The notes: generated by a model not told the origin, from the sequence alone. A stretch of 64,000 nucleotides of DNA from Octopus vulgaris (GCA_951406725.2 OX597840.1:8866001-8930000), one strand, 5' to 3'. Numbered from the stretch's first letter, positions 39,344 to 52,176 are shown. Numbers and translations are program-made.

Positions 39344-39934
39344 CCTTTCATTTATAGGTACAAGGCCTGGAATTTTGGAGTAGGATTTGCAAGCTGATTA
39401 CATCAACCCCCCAATATATAACTGGTACTGGTGTCATCGGGCCTAGAAGGCTGAGAGGAGAGGCAAAGCCAGTTTTTGGCGGAATTTGAACTTACATAAA
39501 AATAATAATGATGACGATGATGATGATGGTGATGATGATGGGTGATGGTGAAGAATGCCAGCGAAAAAAAAAAAAAAGGACAAAGAAAAATAAAGAAGAG
39601 GAGGAAGAAGAGGAGGAGGAACGAGGGGTGAAAACTCACGACGGCACATCCATGAGTGAACTGCTGACACAATATGGAGATTCAGAAATGTAAAGCACTC
39701 ATCCACGAGACGGGAGGCATTGAGAAAGTCCGTCGTAGTCGCTGTCACTGGATCGACTCCCGAGCTAGACGTAGACGCCAGGCGTTTAACTGTTGCTCTG
39801 TCTATCTGTCCATCCATCCATCCATCGTTGTTGTTGTGTATTCCATACAGCCATCCGGAGAGAGATGAGCTGCGGTGGTGCATGTACCGAAAGGAAAAAA
39901 CTGGCTGACTGACTGACGGACTGGCTGGCAGCAG

Positions 39935-40000
<66 letters not shown>

Positions 40001-40259
40001 AAGAGAGAGAGAGAGAGAGAGCAAGAGAGAGAGAGAGTGGGTTCTTTGGTATATTGATTGTGGAACGATAGCAGCCAGGAACGGTTCTGTAGCAGCAGCA
40101 GCAGTAGTAGTAGTAGTAGTAGCAGCAGTAGTAGTAGAAGAGAGAGTCTTACTGGGTAGAAGCAGTAGCAACAGTAGCAGCCGTGTTGCAGCTGGTACTG
40201 GTAGTAGTAGTAGTAGTAGTACTAGTGATAGTAGTAGTAGTAGTAGTAGTGGTAATGGT

Positions 40260-41120
40260 GGCAGTGCTGCTGTTGATTATGCCAACAGTAATAGCTGTAG
40301 TGGTGGTGGTGGAGGTGTTGGCGATGATGGTGGCAGTGGTGGTGGTAGTGGCGGTGGTGGTGTGGCGGTGGCAGTGGTGGTGGAGGTGTTGGCGATGATG
40401 GTGGCAGCGGCGGTGGTGGTGGTGATAGTGGTGGTGGTGGTGGTGTTGGCGATGATGGTGGTGGTGGTGGTGATAGTGGTGGTGGTGTTGGCGATGATGG
40501 TGGTGGTGGTGGTGGAGGTGTTGGCGATGATGGTGGCGGCGGTGGTGGTAGTGGTGGAGGTGCTGGTGATGATGGTGGCGGTGGTGGTGGTGGTAGTGGT
40601 GGAGTGGTGGTGTTGGCGATGATGGTGGTGGCGGTGCTGGTAGTGGTGGTGGTGGTGGTGTTGGCGATGATGGTGGCGGCGGTGGTGGTAGTGGTGGTGG
40701 TGGAGGTGGTGGTGATGATGGTGGTGGTGGTGGTGGTAGTGGTGGAGGTGTTGGCGATGATGGTGGTGGCGGTGCTGGTAGTGGTGGTGGTGGAGGTGTT
40801 GGCGATGATGGTGGCGGTGGTGGTGGTAGTGGTGGTGGTGGAGGTGTTGGCGATGATGGTGGTGGCGGCGGTGGTAGTGGTGGTGGTGGAGGTGTTGGCG
40901 ATGATGGTGGCGGCGGCGGTGGTAGTGGTGGTGGTGGAGGTGTTGGCGATGATGGTGGCGGCGGCGGTGGTGTGGTGGTGGTGGAGGTGTTGGCGATGAT
41001 GGTGGCGGCGGTGGTAGTAGTGGTGGTGGTGGTGGAGGTGTTGGCGATGATGATCGCGGTGCTAATAACGTTGATGGTGGTGGTGGTAGTGTTGGTGGTG
41101 GTGGTAGTGGTTGTGGTAGT
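40260..41120. repeat. GGT-rich minisatellite (GGAGGTGTTGGCGATGATGGTGG units of about 40 bp)
   Basis: Directly visible; open in several frames as poly-Pro/His/Val. Confidence 0.9.
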
Positions 41121-41417
41121 AGTCAAAGTACTGGTGGTAGTGATTGTAGTTGTAAGTAATTGCTGTGGTTGTGGCGAAGGTGGTGGTGTTAATAGCTGTG
41201 GTATTTATTGTTTGTTTGTTTGCTTATTTTTGTTTTTTTTTTTAAGAGAAACCATCTGAGAAAAAGAGAGAGAGAGAGAGAGAAAAGGGGGAGGGAGGGG
41301 TTTGGGGGCAAGGGGGTGGGGGGTAACTGGAAAATGTGAGAGAAACAGAGTGAGACCAAGGTTGGATAAGACGGGGAGACAAAGAAAAGAAGGTACATCA
41401 TATATATATATATACAC

Positions 41418-41449
<32 letters not shown>

Positions 41450-41556
41450 ACATACATACATATATATATACATACATATATATATATACATACATATATA
41501 TATATATACATACATATATATATATATATATACATACATATATATATATACATATA

Positions 41557-41588
<32 letters not shown>

Positions 41589-42208
41589 CATATATATACA
41601 TATATACATACATACATACATACATACATATACATACATACATATACATATATACATACATACACACATACATACACACACACATACATACATACACATA
41701 CAAAAACACACATACATGCATTCATACATACATACATGCATTCATACACACATACATACATATATACACACTTACATATATACATACACACACACATACA
41801 TACACACATACATACACGCATTCATACACACACACACACATACATACACACATACATGCATACACACATACATACACACTTACATACACACAGACACATA
41901 CACACACACACACATACATACACAGACACACACACACACACGCAAAGAGGTGGGGAGTGAGCGAGAGAGAGAGAGAGAGAGAGAGACACTATTAGCGAGG
42001 CAAGTTCTATGGCTGCAATAATGTTGCCATCTGGACACACAGACACAGACTGTGACACCAACAACCAGTGACAAACACTGTGACACCAAGAGACACAGAC
42101 ACACAGACACAGACACACACAAAAATACATTGTACTAAGAGTCTATACACATATATATATGTATGCATGTATATATATATATACATACATACATATATAC
42201 ATGTATGC

Positions 42209-42263
<55 letters not shown>

Positions 42264-42508
42264 GTATAATATGCATGTTTATAATTAAAGGTAATTGGAG
42301 GTTTGTGTCCACACCGTGGTTCCATAGCACAGCTTGAATGCAGGACTGCATTAATACAAGAGTACAGATATACAAGATTATGTTAATATACAAGTACCTT
42401 AATATAGAAGTACACCAATGTGGGAGTACCTCAAAGAGTACATTACTATAGGAGTACAGAAGTACAAAAGTACCTTGTGTTAGAAATGGAAGTGATGGAT
42501 ATGACAAT

Positions 42509-42798
42509 AGGCGCAGGAGTGACTGTGTGGTAAGTAGCTTGCTTACCAACCACATGGTTCCGGGTTCAGTCCCACTGCGTGGCACCTTGGGCAAGTGTCT
42601 CCTACTATAGCCTCGGGCCGACAAAAGCCTTCAATAGGCGCAGGAGTGGCTGTGTGGTAAGTAGCTTGTTTACCAACCACATGGTTCCGGGTTCAGTCCC
42701 ACTTCGTGGCATCTTGGGCAAGTGTCTTCTGCTATAGCCCCGGGCCGACCAAAGCCTTGTGAGTGGATTTGGTAGACAGAAACTGAAAGAAGCCTGTC

Positions 42799-42848
<50 letters not shown>

Positions 42849-43058
42849 CTGTGTTTGTCTCCCTAGCATTGCGCTTGACAACCGATGCTGGTGTGTTTAC
42901 GTCCCCGTCACTTAGCGGTTCGGCAAAAGAGAGACCGATAGAATAAGTACTGGGCTTACAAAAGAATAAGTCCCGGGGTCGATTTGCTCGACTAAAAGGC
43001 GGTGTTCCAGCATGGCCGCAGTCAAATGACTGAAACAAGTAAAAGAGAGAAAAGAGAG
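42509..43058 (+). mobile_element. Family A SINE (duplicated head) flanked by a 121-bp direct repeat
   Basis: Flanks 42388-42508 and 43059-43179 differ at about 5 positions. Confidence 0.9.
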
Positions 43059-43599
43059 ATACAAGTACCTTAATATAGAAGTACACTAATGTGGGAGTAC
43101 CTTAAAGAGTACATTACTATAGGAGTACAGAAGTACAAAAGTACCTTGTGTTAGAAATGGAAGGGATTAATATGACAATGAGTATATTTTTATTGTCTAT
43201 TCATTGAATCAGTGTGGAAGGTGGTCGAGTATTCCACATACATGGATACTCTTAATATAGTCCATAAATAGAATTGATCTTTGAGTTACTGGTACAATCC
43301 ATTCAAATGGATTCCACACAGTTTCCAATCTCGCAATTTCACTCATGAGACTTGGGTTGACCTGGTGGTGCTAAGACATTTGCTCAAGATACCTATTTCT
43401 TTACTACCTACAAGGGGCTAAACACAGAGGGGACAAACAAGGACAGAAATAGAAATCTAGGAGATCATCAACATGGGAGAAAGATGTGGATAAAAAGCTC
43501 GTCAGACAGGTGGTGCATGAGGACAGTCACTACTTTATATATAAGATGAGGAAGAGATAATTTCTGTCCAAGATGATGTAAGAAAAATGACTCAAACAC

Positions 43600-44640
43600 A
43601 TCAAGAATCTGATTTACAAGTTGAAAAACTCGCTGAAGCCAGACATGCCTTGGTTCTTCTCCAATGAGAAGCATTTCTACCAAGACCAGAAGATCAAGTC
43701 CCAGAAGAACACGTGGCTTGCTGTCTCACTCAAGGACATGCCCAGAGTCATGCAGAGAAAATTTCCAGCGACAATCATGGTCTTCAGTGAAGGTGACATC
43801 ATGCCACCCTGCTTCTTCCCAGAGAGTGTCAGGCTGACCATCTACAGCTATACCTATTTCTTTACTACCCACAAGGGGCTAAACACAGAGGGGACAAAGA
43901 AGGACAGACATAGGTATTAAGTCGATTACATCGACCCCCAGTGAATAACTGGTACTTAATTTATCAACCTTGAAAGGATGAAAGGTAAAGTTGACCTCGG
44001 CGGAATTTGAACTCAGAACGTAACGGCAGATGAAATACCTATTTCTTTACTACCCACAAGGGGTTAAACATAGAGGGGACAAACAAGGACAGACACAGGT
44101 ATTAAGTCGATTACATCGACCCCAGTGCGTAACTGGTACTTAATTAATCGACCCCGAAAGGATGAAAGGTAAAGTCGACCTTGGCGGAATTTTGAACTCT
44201 CAACGTAACAGCAGACGAAATACCGCTAAGCATTCACCCGACGTGCTAACGTTTCTGCCAGCTCTCCGCCTTACAGCTATATCTGTGTTCTGAATGAGGT
44301 GGTGAAACCCTGGATTAGATTGGGTAACTGCAAGGAGGCCATACATATGGCAGCAAAAATCTGTGCTCTGCCACACCAGCCCAAAGTCTCAGGCCTGGCC
44401 CTCAGAGAATTTCTTTGATCACACAACACCTGACATTTGGCCACACAACTCACCTGACGGTAACCCGCTTGATTGCAGTGGAATGAGAGACCAATAAATC
44501 CAGCTGTAGCAAGAATGAAGAGCTGAGGGCCAGGATTACCAGGGCCTTCAGGGGCCTAAAACAGGAGATAGTGACAAAAGCTTGTAGCTGGTTCTAAGGT
44601 TGCCTGGAGGCTGTAATCAAGACCAAAGGTGGACTCACCA
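43600..44640 (+). mobile_element. Decayed Tc1/mariner-superfamily transposase, probably DD37D/maT type
   Basis: WFFSNEKHFYQDQK...KFPATIMVF..EGDIMPPCFF, then after the SINE insert VVKPWI...WQQKSVLCHT...SQAW...IWPHNSPDGNPLD. TIRs not identified. Confidence 0.75.
43853..44271 (-). mobile_element. Family C SINE dimer with 10-bp TSD
   Basis: TACAGCTATA at 43843-43852 and 44272-44281. Confidence 0.9.
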
Positions 44641-45415
44641 AGTAACAGCGACAACATGTCAAGACAAACTGACCCAAATTTGACGGCACGTAAAATGCAC
44701 CAATCCGATCATGGCCGTTGCCAGCCTCACCTGGCACCTGTGCAGGTGGCACGTAAAAAGCACCCACTACACTCACGGAGTTGTTGGCGTTAGGAAGGGC
44801 ATCCAGCTGTAGAAACACTGCCAGATCAGACTGGAGCCTGGTGCAGCCTTCTGGCTTCCCAGACCCCAGTAGCATCGTACAACCCATGCTAGCATGGAGA
44901 ACGGACATTAAACGATGATGATGATGATGATGTGTCTCAAAAAATAAAAATACTATTTTTTCCTGTGACAGTCATCATGTGAATGAATAGTGTCTGCACC
45001 CTGTGCACATGTGTGTGTGTGTGTGTGTGCATGTATCAAGCCTAATCATGTTGCAAAGACCTGTTGAAGCAAGTGGAACTGAAATCAAAATCAAATTTGA
45101 TGACTGGCATCTGTGCTAGTGGAGCACTAAGAGCACCATCCGAGCGTGACCATTGCCAAAGCAACAAGCTGGTCTCTGTGCTGGTTGCACGTAAAAAGCA
45201 CTATTCGAGCGTCGCCTTACAGTGGCACAAAAAAAAAAACATTCGAGCGAGGTCATTGCCAGTGCCGCTGGACTGGCTCCTGTGCAGGTGGCACGTAAAA
45301 GCACCCACTTCACTCTCGGAGTGGTTGGCATTAGGAAGGGCAGCCATCTGGTTCACCAGTCCTCAGTCAAATTGTCCAACCCATGCTAGCATGGAAGGCA
45401 GACATTAAACGATGA

Positions 45416-45452
<37 letters not shown>

Positions 45453-45455
<3 letters not shown>

Positions 45456-45849
45456 CAGTTTGAATGGCAGTTTTTTCTAGCGGTGTCATATGAAATTGTC
45501 ACCCATAATTATGACCCTAGTATCGATCTATTGCATTTCAATCTGTTTTAGGGTTAGGGGAAGGGTATCTTTTTTTCTTCACAAATGTAAATAAACAATC
45601 TGTTTCTTAAACGAGGGACATATTCATACGGCACAGAATGTTTTTTTACCTCAATAGACGTCAGTGATTGGTTGAAATTGCAGAAATTGAAGAAAAAACC
45701 CAGCAAATATCTTACAAACTATAGAATTTTCTCAATAAAGCCAAGAGAAAAAGATGTTTTATAAACACATTCTACCAGTATACGAAGTTTAAAATTTTTA
45801 GTTACCTAGAAAATTATGTTAAAAACTGCCATTCAAACCGAAAAGATCC
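45453..45849. mobile_element. MITE embedded in (TA)n
   Basis: TIRs TTCAGTTTGAATGGCAGTTTTT / AAAAACTGCCATTCAAACCGAA; short internal TTAGGG run. Confidence 0.75.
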
Positions 45850-45880
<31 letters not shown>

Positions 45881-46159
45881 AGAGTAAATAATTTCTTCGA
45901 TGGTTTTTCAAAAAACCAACAATTATTTACTGGTAGATTTCGGCATGTAAATATAACCATTTAACGGCAGGAACTTCTGTAAAGTTCAGTATATATATAT
46001 TGTATATAAATAGAAGGGGCAGTCAACAAGTTGCTTAGCCGCATACCGAAAAAATTAGAAATAGCAGTCGGAGACTGTTTATTTCTATTTTCTACAAATG
46101 GGACTCCACATTTGTAGAAAATAGACTACTATTTCTAATTTTTTCGGTATTCGGTCTTT

Positions 46160-46195
<36 letters not shown>

Positions 46196-46411
46196 AAATA
46201 TTAGAGAATAAATCCAAACTTACAGGGAAAAATCAGATTTAGGATTGAATCCAATTTTATAATAAAATATTATATTATATTAAATTAGAGATAAAACCAC
46301 TATTAGGCAAATCAAACAATGAAAAACATAAGCCAATACATAAAATTAAATAATTTATATTATTTTAAATATATATCAAAAGTATTAACATTTTAATAAA
46401 AGATAAAGGGT

Positions 46412-46484
46412 AAAACACTACGATCGTTTCATGGCTGTACAATTCGTAATAATTCGAGTTATGGTTACAGTCAATCTTCAGGTT
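46412..46484 (-). ncRNA. Type I minimal hammerhead ribozyme motif on the GPSM sense strand
   Basis: Minus strand: AAC-CTGAAGA-TTGACTGTA...TACAGCCAT-GAAA-CGATCG-TA-GTGTTTT. Canonical core, palindromic stem III, GUA triplet; stem I weak. Confidence 0.6.
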
Positions 46485-46584
46485 AATAGAAATATTTATC
46501 TTAGCGAGGTGCTCACTCAAACATACATGTGCACTCACACATTATCAGATCAGCTAATTAAAGAATTAAGCAAAGGTTCCTTAC

Positions 46585-46808
46585 CTGGCCAGGTTGAGAT
46601 CATGTCGGTGATATTCCAAGGCTTTGCCATATTCCTGCAGGAAGAAGTAAGCATTGCCAAGCTGACTATAAATGGCGCTCAGTGTGGCAAAGTCGTCCGT
46701 TCCTGCCTTGACCGCAGCCTCAAAGTATTGTACCCCTGCTTGACAGTCACCAGCTCGACACAGGCGCTCCCCTTCTAAAGCAAGCTCCATGCAGGAATAT
46801 TCCATCAG
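46585..46808 (-). CDS. GPSM2: Internal coding exon of G-protein signalling modulator (Pins/LGN/AGS3, GPSM1/2 family), N-terminal TPR region
   Basis: Translates LMEYSCMELALEGERLCRAGDCQAGVQYFEAAVKAGTDDFATLSAIYSQLGNAYFFLQEYGKALEYHRHDLNLA(R), recognisable as the conserved GPSM1/2 N-terminus (ELALEGERLC...TLSAIYSQLGNAYF...ALEYH..DL.LAR). Flanked by a polypyrimidine tract plus ggcag acceptor (46810-46809) and an AG|GTAAGG donor (46584). Starts in phase 0, ends in phase 2. GPSM2 versus GPSM1 is only a naming choice. Confidence 0.95.
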
Positions 46809-47074
46809 CTGCCAAACAAACAAAAAAAAACAACATTTAGTCTTTTACCGATAAATAAATTTACATCGAAGCAACAATAAAATTCGAAATTTCTCATTGT
46901 TTGACTGGTTTTGTCCAGTTATTGAACTGTGGCCATGCTGGGGCATCACTTTGTAGGTTACAGCCAACATTGATCCTGGTACGTATTTTATTGACCTCAG
47001 AAAAATAAAAAGCAATGGGGTAGATGGACATGGGCAGGATTTGAACTCAGAATATAATACTCTTACTCTATACT

Positions 47075-47265
47075 CTTTTACTTGTTTCAGTCATTTGACT
47101 GCGGCCATGCTGGAGCACCGCCTTTAATCGAGCAAATCGACACCGGGACTTATCCTTTGTAAGCCCAGTACTTATTCTATCGGTCTCTTTTGCTGAAGCG
47201 CTAAGTGACGGGGACGTAAACACACCAGCATCGGTTGTCAAGCAATGCTAGAGGGACAAACACAG

Positions 47266-47302
<37 letters not shown>

Positions 47303-47463
47303 CACGATAGGCTTCTTTCAGTTTCCGTCCATCAAATCCTCTCACAAGGCTTTGGTCGGCCCGAGGCTATAGAAAAAGACACTTGCCCATGATGCCAAGC
47401 AGTGGGACTGAACCCGGAACCATGTGGTTGGTTAGCAAGCTACTTACCACACAGCCACTCCTG
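47075..47463 (-). mobile_element. Family A SINE
   Basis: Full tail-to-head match to the family. Confidence 0.9.
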
Positions 47464-47744
47464 GTATTTTATCTTTGGAAAGTTTGTAGATGAAAGCCCC
47501 AGAGTTAGGTCTTGATGACAAGAATGAAAAATACAACATTTCAGATGCTACTCTTCCCTCAAAGGAAAAGAAAAACAAGCAAAAAAAACCCTCAAAAGTA
47601 TGACAAAATTGCACTGAAATACACCATTATTTGAAACATTGAAAATTGGACCCCAATTCAGGGTTGTCAGCTTAATTTTCAGAAAGTAATAGGTTGTGTT
47701 AGACAGTAACCTCAAAATGAAATTTTCACCAGTAATTTATTTAA

Positions 47745-48210
47745 CCCTTTCGTAACTATTTATTTTGAGATGCTCTGTGTTTCTTTCAATTAATTTTAAA
47801 TATAACAAAGAATTTAGTAAAATAACATCGTTATCATTAACCCTTTCGTTACTGTATTTATTTTGAGATGCTCTGTGTTTCTTTCAATTAATTTTAAATA
47901 TAACAAAGAATTTAGTAAAATAACTTAGTTATCATTCAGCTAGTGTTAGGAACATAAATTGTGACTAAGGTTTGGTGGAAGATTTTGATTCAAAACTTAT
48001 GAAAATAAGACATTTGTACTACAGAGCCAGAGCTGGTTTCAGCCAGGTTGGTATCAAAAGGGTTAAATATAACAAAGAATTTAGTAAAATAACTTAGTTA
48101 TCATTAAGCTAGTGTTAGGAACATAAATTGTGACTAAGGTTTGGAGGAAGATTTTAATGAAAAACTTATGAAAACAAAAACCTGGTTTCAGCCAGGTTGG
48201 TATCAAAAGG
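47745..48210. mobile_element. Nested piggyBac-like MITEs (same family as 19904-20949)
   Basis: TTAACCCTTTCGT starts at about 47741 and 47837; AAAAGGGTTAA ends at about 48066 and 48214. Confidence 0.85.
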
Positions 48211-49162
48211 GTTAAAGATACTCAAAGAAATGAACTAGCAGAAACACGAGACTGGGGGGGGGGGGGGGACAAGCACAGACACACAAACAGTGCTACAACA
48301 AATGTATTGATGTCAGGGGATCCTACTTTGAAGGAGATTAGAGTTTTGAAATGAATAAATATCTCTCCTGAAAGTCTGAAAGTTCTGGAATACACCTTGT
48401 AAAATATAAGACACGAAAATAATTTCATAATTGATGGTGTTTCATCCCAGGTCAGTCCTGAGCTGACCAATGGTAAAAAAAATATTTCAGTCATGGCCAC
48501 CCCACTTCCATATGGTTATCCAATGGGTCTGTCTTTCTTTACAAAAGTAGCATTAAATTTCAGGGAAATTTGTTTGCTATTTCTAGCAGTTCAAGCATCC
48601 ACACTGAGCGGAAGGTCCCAACTTTTTCTACCTCCTGCTCCTCCCACCATCAGAAAATATCTGATTAATTTTCATCCCCCCCACCACCACCACAAAGTAA
48701 CGCCACATTCCAAGATGAAATAAACAGTCAATTTTCTAATAACCAATTAATTTCTTTAATTAAACTACATACAAGAGTGGCTGTGTGGGAAGTAGCTTGC
48801 TAACCAACCACATGGTTCCGGGTTCAGTCCCACTACGTGGCACCTTGGGCAAGTGTCTGCTGCTATAGCCCTGGGCCGACTAATGCCTTGTGAGTGGATT
48901 TGGTAGACGGAATCTGAAAGAAGCCTGTCGTATATATGTATATATATATGTGTGTGTGTATGTGTTTGTGTTTGTCCCCCTAGCATTGCTTGACAACCGA
49001 TGCTGGTGTGTTTATGTCCCCGTTACTTAGCGCTTTGGCAAAAAGAGACCGATAGAATAAGTACTAGGCTTACAAAGAATAAGTCCCGGGGTCGAGTTGC
49101 TCGACTAAAGGCGGTGCTCCAGCATGGCCGCAGTCAAATGACTGAAACATGAAGTAAAAGAG

Positions 49163-49202
<40 letters not shown>

Positions 49203-49488
49203 GGCGCATGGCCTAGTGGTTTGGCTGTTGCATTCACAACCACGAGATGGGTTGGATTCCCAAACTGGGCAGTGTGTTGTGTTCTTGAGCAAAACACTTC
49301 ATCCCACATTGCTCCAGTTCCCCGTTCGATCAGGAGGAATGCTGGCAGCAGAGAGGCATCGTTTGAAGGCTAAAACGATGCAGAGCGCATTGTGTTCAGC
49401 AATGAGTAGCAACATCCGATACTCTGGTCAGTCACGATATATATATTGATCACGAGATATATATATAAAAATAAAACGATAAACGTCA

Positions 49489-50357
49489 CCCTTTTAAAGC
49501 CTAGCGAGGCTCATGGGCCCGGTTTCCCGGTTTCTGCGGCATATGTGTTCCCCAGCCGGACGGGACGCCAGTCCATCGCAGAAAAGTAAATACGCCCTTT
49601 TAAAGCCTAGCGAGGCTCATGGGCCCGGTTCCCCGGTTTCTGCGGCATATGTGTTTCCCAGCCGGACGGGACGCCAGTCCATCGCAGAAAAGTAAATGCG
49701 CCCTTTTAAAGCCTAGCCAGGCTCATGGGCCCAGTTTCCCGGTTTCTGCGGCATATGTGTTCCCCAGCCGGACGGGATGCCAGTCCATCGCAGAAAAGTA
49801 AATACGCCCTTTTAAAGCCTAGCCTGGTTCATGGGCCCGGTTTCCTGGTTTCAATGGTGTATGTGTTCCCCAGCTGGACGGGACGCCAGTCCATCGCAGC
49901 GTTACTCATTTTTGCCAGCTGAGTGGACTGGAGCAACGTGAAATGAAGGGTTTTACTCAAGAACACAACGCGTCGCCCGGTCCAGGAATCGAAACCACAA
50001 TCTTACAGTCATGATGCTGACACCCTAACCACTAGGCCACACACCCCCACAAATTAATGCACCCTCTTAAAGCCTAGCCAGGCTCATGGGCCCAGTTTCC
50101 CGGTTTCTGCGGCATATGTGTTCCCCTCCAGCTGGACGGGAGGCCAGTCCATTGCAGCGTTACTCAAGAAACAGGAAGAAAGTGAGAAAGCTGTGGTGAA
50201 AGAGTACAACAGGGGTCGCCACCACCCCTTGCCGGAGCCTCGTGGAGCTTTTAGGTGTTTTCACTCAATGAACACACACAACGCCTGGTCTGGGAATCGA
50301 AACCGCGATCCTCCGACCGCGAGTCTGCTGCCCTAACCACTGGGCCATTGCGCCTCC
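49489..50357 (-). mobile_element. Family E and D SINEs with V-like tails, plus 106-bp tandem copies of the tail
   Basis: Tail units start at about 49489, 49595, 49701 and 49807; E head ends about 50045; D copy at 50070-50357. Confidence 0.85.
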
Positions 50358-51194
50358 ACACATATAAAAATATATATACACAAACATATACATGCATAAT
50401 AATATATATATACACACACACCACAAAGCTGCATGTGAGTGGCTACGTGGTAAGAAGTTTATTTGCCAACCACATGGTTCCGAGTTCAGTCCCACTGCAT
50501 AGCACCTTGGGCAAATGTCTTCTGCTATAGCCTCAGGTAGGCCAAAACTTTGTGAGATAAAAAAACAACAAAGAAGCATGTCGTGTGTGTGTGTGTGTAT
50601 ATTTGTTCCCTACCATTGCTTGATAACCAGTGTTGGTTTGTTTATACCCCTCAACTTAGTAGTCAAGCAAAAGACACAGAAATCCCAGGTTTAAACAAAA
50701 AAAACAAGTACTAGTTTGATGAAAGTCTTCAAGGCAGTGCTCCTGCATGGCCACAGACTGAAACATGTAAAAGGCAAAAGATACATGCACAGAAGTGGCT
50801 GTGTGGTAAGTAGCTTGCTTACCAACCACATGGTTCCGGGTTCAGTCCCACTGTGTGGCATCTTGGACAAGTGTCTTCTACTATAGCCTCGGGCCGACCA
50901 AAGCCTTGTGAGTGGATTTGGCAGACGGAAACTGAAAGAAGCCCGTCGTATATATGTATATATATATATCATCATCATCATCATCGTTTAACGTTTGTTC
51001 TCCATGCTAGCATGGGTTATATATATACATATATATATATTTTGGCGTTAGGAAGGGTATCAAGCTGCAGAAACACTGCCAGATCAGACTGGAGCTTGGT
51101 GCAGCCTCCTGGCTTCCCAGACCCTGTTCGAACTGTCCAACACATGTTAGCATGGAAAACGGACATTAAATGATGATGATGATATGTATGTATG

Positions 51195-51225
<31 letters not shown>

Positions 51226-51944
51226 CTGTGTCTGTCGCCCCACAACATTGCTTGACAACTAATGTGTCTACGTTCCTGTAACTTAGCGATTCAGCAGAAG
51301 AGACAGATAGAATAAGTACCAGGCTTACAAAGAATAAGTCCCGGGGTCGATTTGCTCGACTAAAAGGCAATGCTCCAGCATGGCCACAGTCAAAATGACT
51401 GAAACAAGTAAAAGAATAAATTAAATAACGAAAAAAAAAAAATAAAACTATAAACAGTGGAATCAATAAGAATTGAGAACACCAAAGTTCAATGACTTGT
51501 TGGTTCCTGTTTTGCATTTTTGACATTATATGAAAGCGGCAAGCTGGCAGAATCGTTAGCATGCCAGGAAAAATGCTTCCTGGCATTTACATCGGTCCTT
51601 ACGTTCTGAGTTCAAATTCCGCCGATGTCGACTTTGCCTTTTATCCTTTCGGGGTCGAAAAATTAAGTACCAGTTACACACTGGGGTCGATATAATCGAC
51701 TTAATTCCTTTGTCAGTCCTTGTTTGTCCTCTCTGTGTTTAGCCCCTTGTGGGTAGTAAAGAAATATATATAAGTATTTCGTCTGTCGTTACGTTCTGAG
51801 TTCAAATTCCGCCGAGGTCGACTTTGCCTTTTATCCTTTTGGGGTTGATAAAATAAGTACCAGTTGAATACTGGGGGCTCGATGTAATCGACTTTCCCCC
51901 CGACACCAAAATTTGAGGCCTTGTGCTTAGAGTAGAATGGATTA

Positions 51945-52176
51945 CTCTTTTACTCTCTTTTACTTGTTTCAGTAATTTGACTGCGGCCATGCGGGAGCAC
52001 CGCCTTTAGTCGAGCAAATCGACCCCGGGATTTATTCTTTTGTAAGCCCAGTACTTATTGTATCGGTCTCTTTTGCCGAACCGCTAAGTGACGGGGACAT
52101 AAACACACCAGCATCAGTTGTCAAGCAATGCTAGGGGGACAAACACAGACACACAAACATATACACACACACACAT

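Noticed and set aside
38579-39397. 272-aa poly-Asn ORF and its poly-Ile/Leu counterparts
   Set aside because: AAT-based minisatellite read-through.
40149-41126. 325-aa Pro/His/Thr-rich ORF resembling extensin or formin
   Set aside because: Translation of a GGT/ACC minisatellite; open in several frames, switches residue type at frameshifts, no splice or domain evidence.
45547-45560. TTAGGG telomeric repeat
   Set aside because: Only two units, internal to a MITE; not an interstitial telomere.
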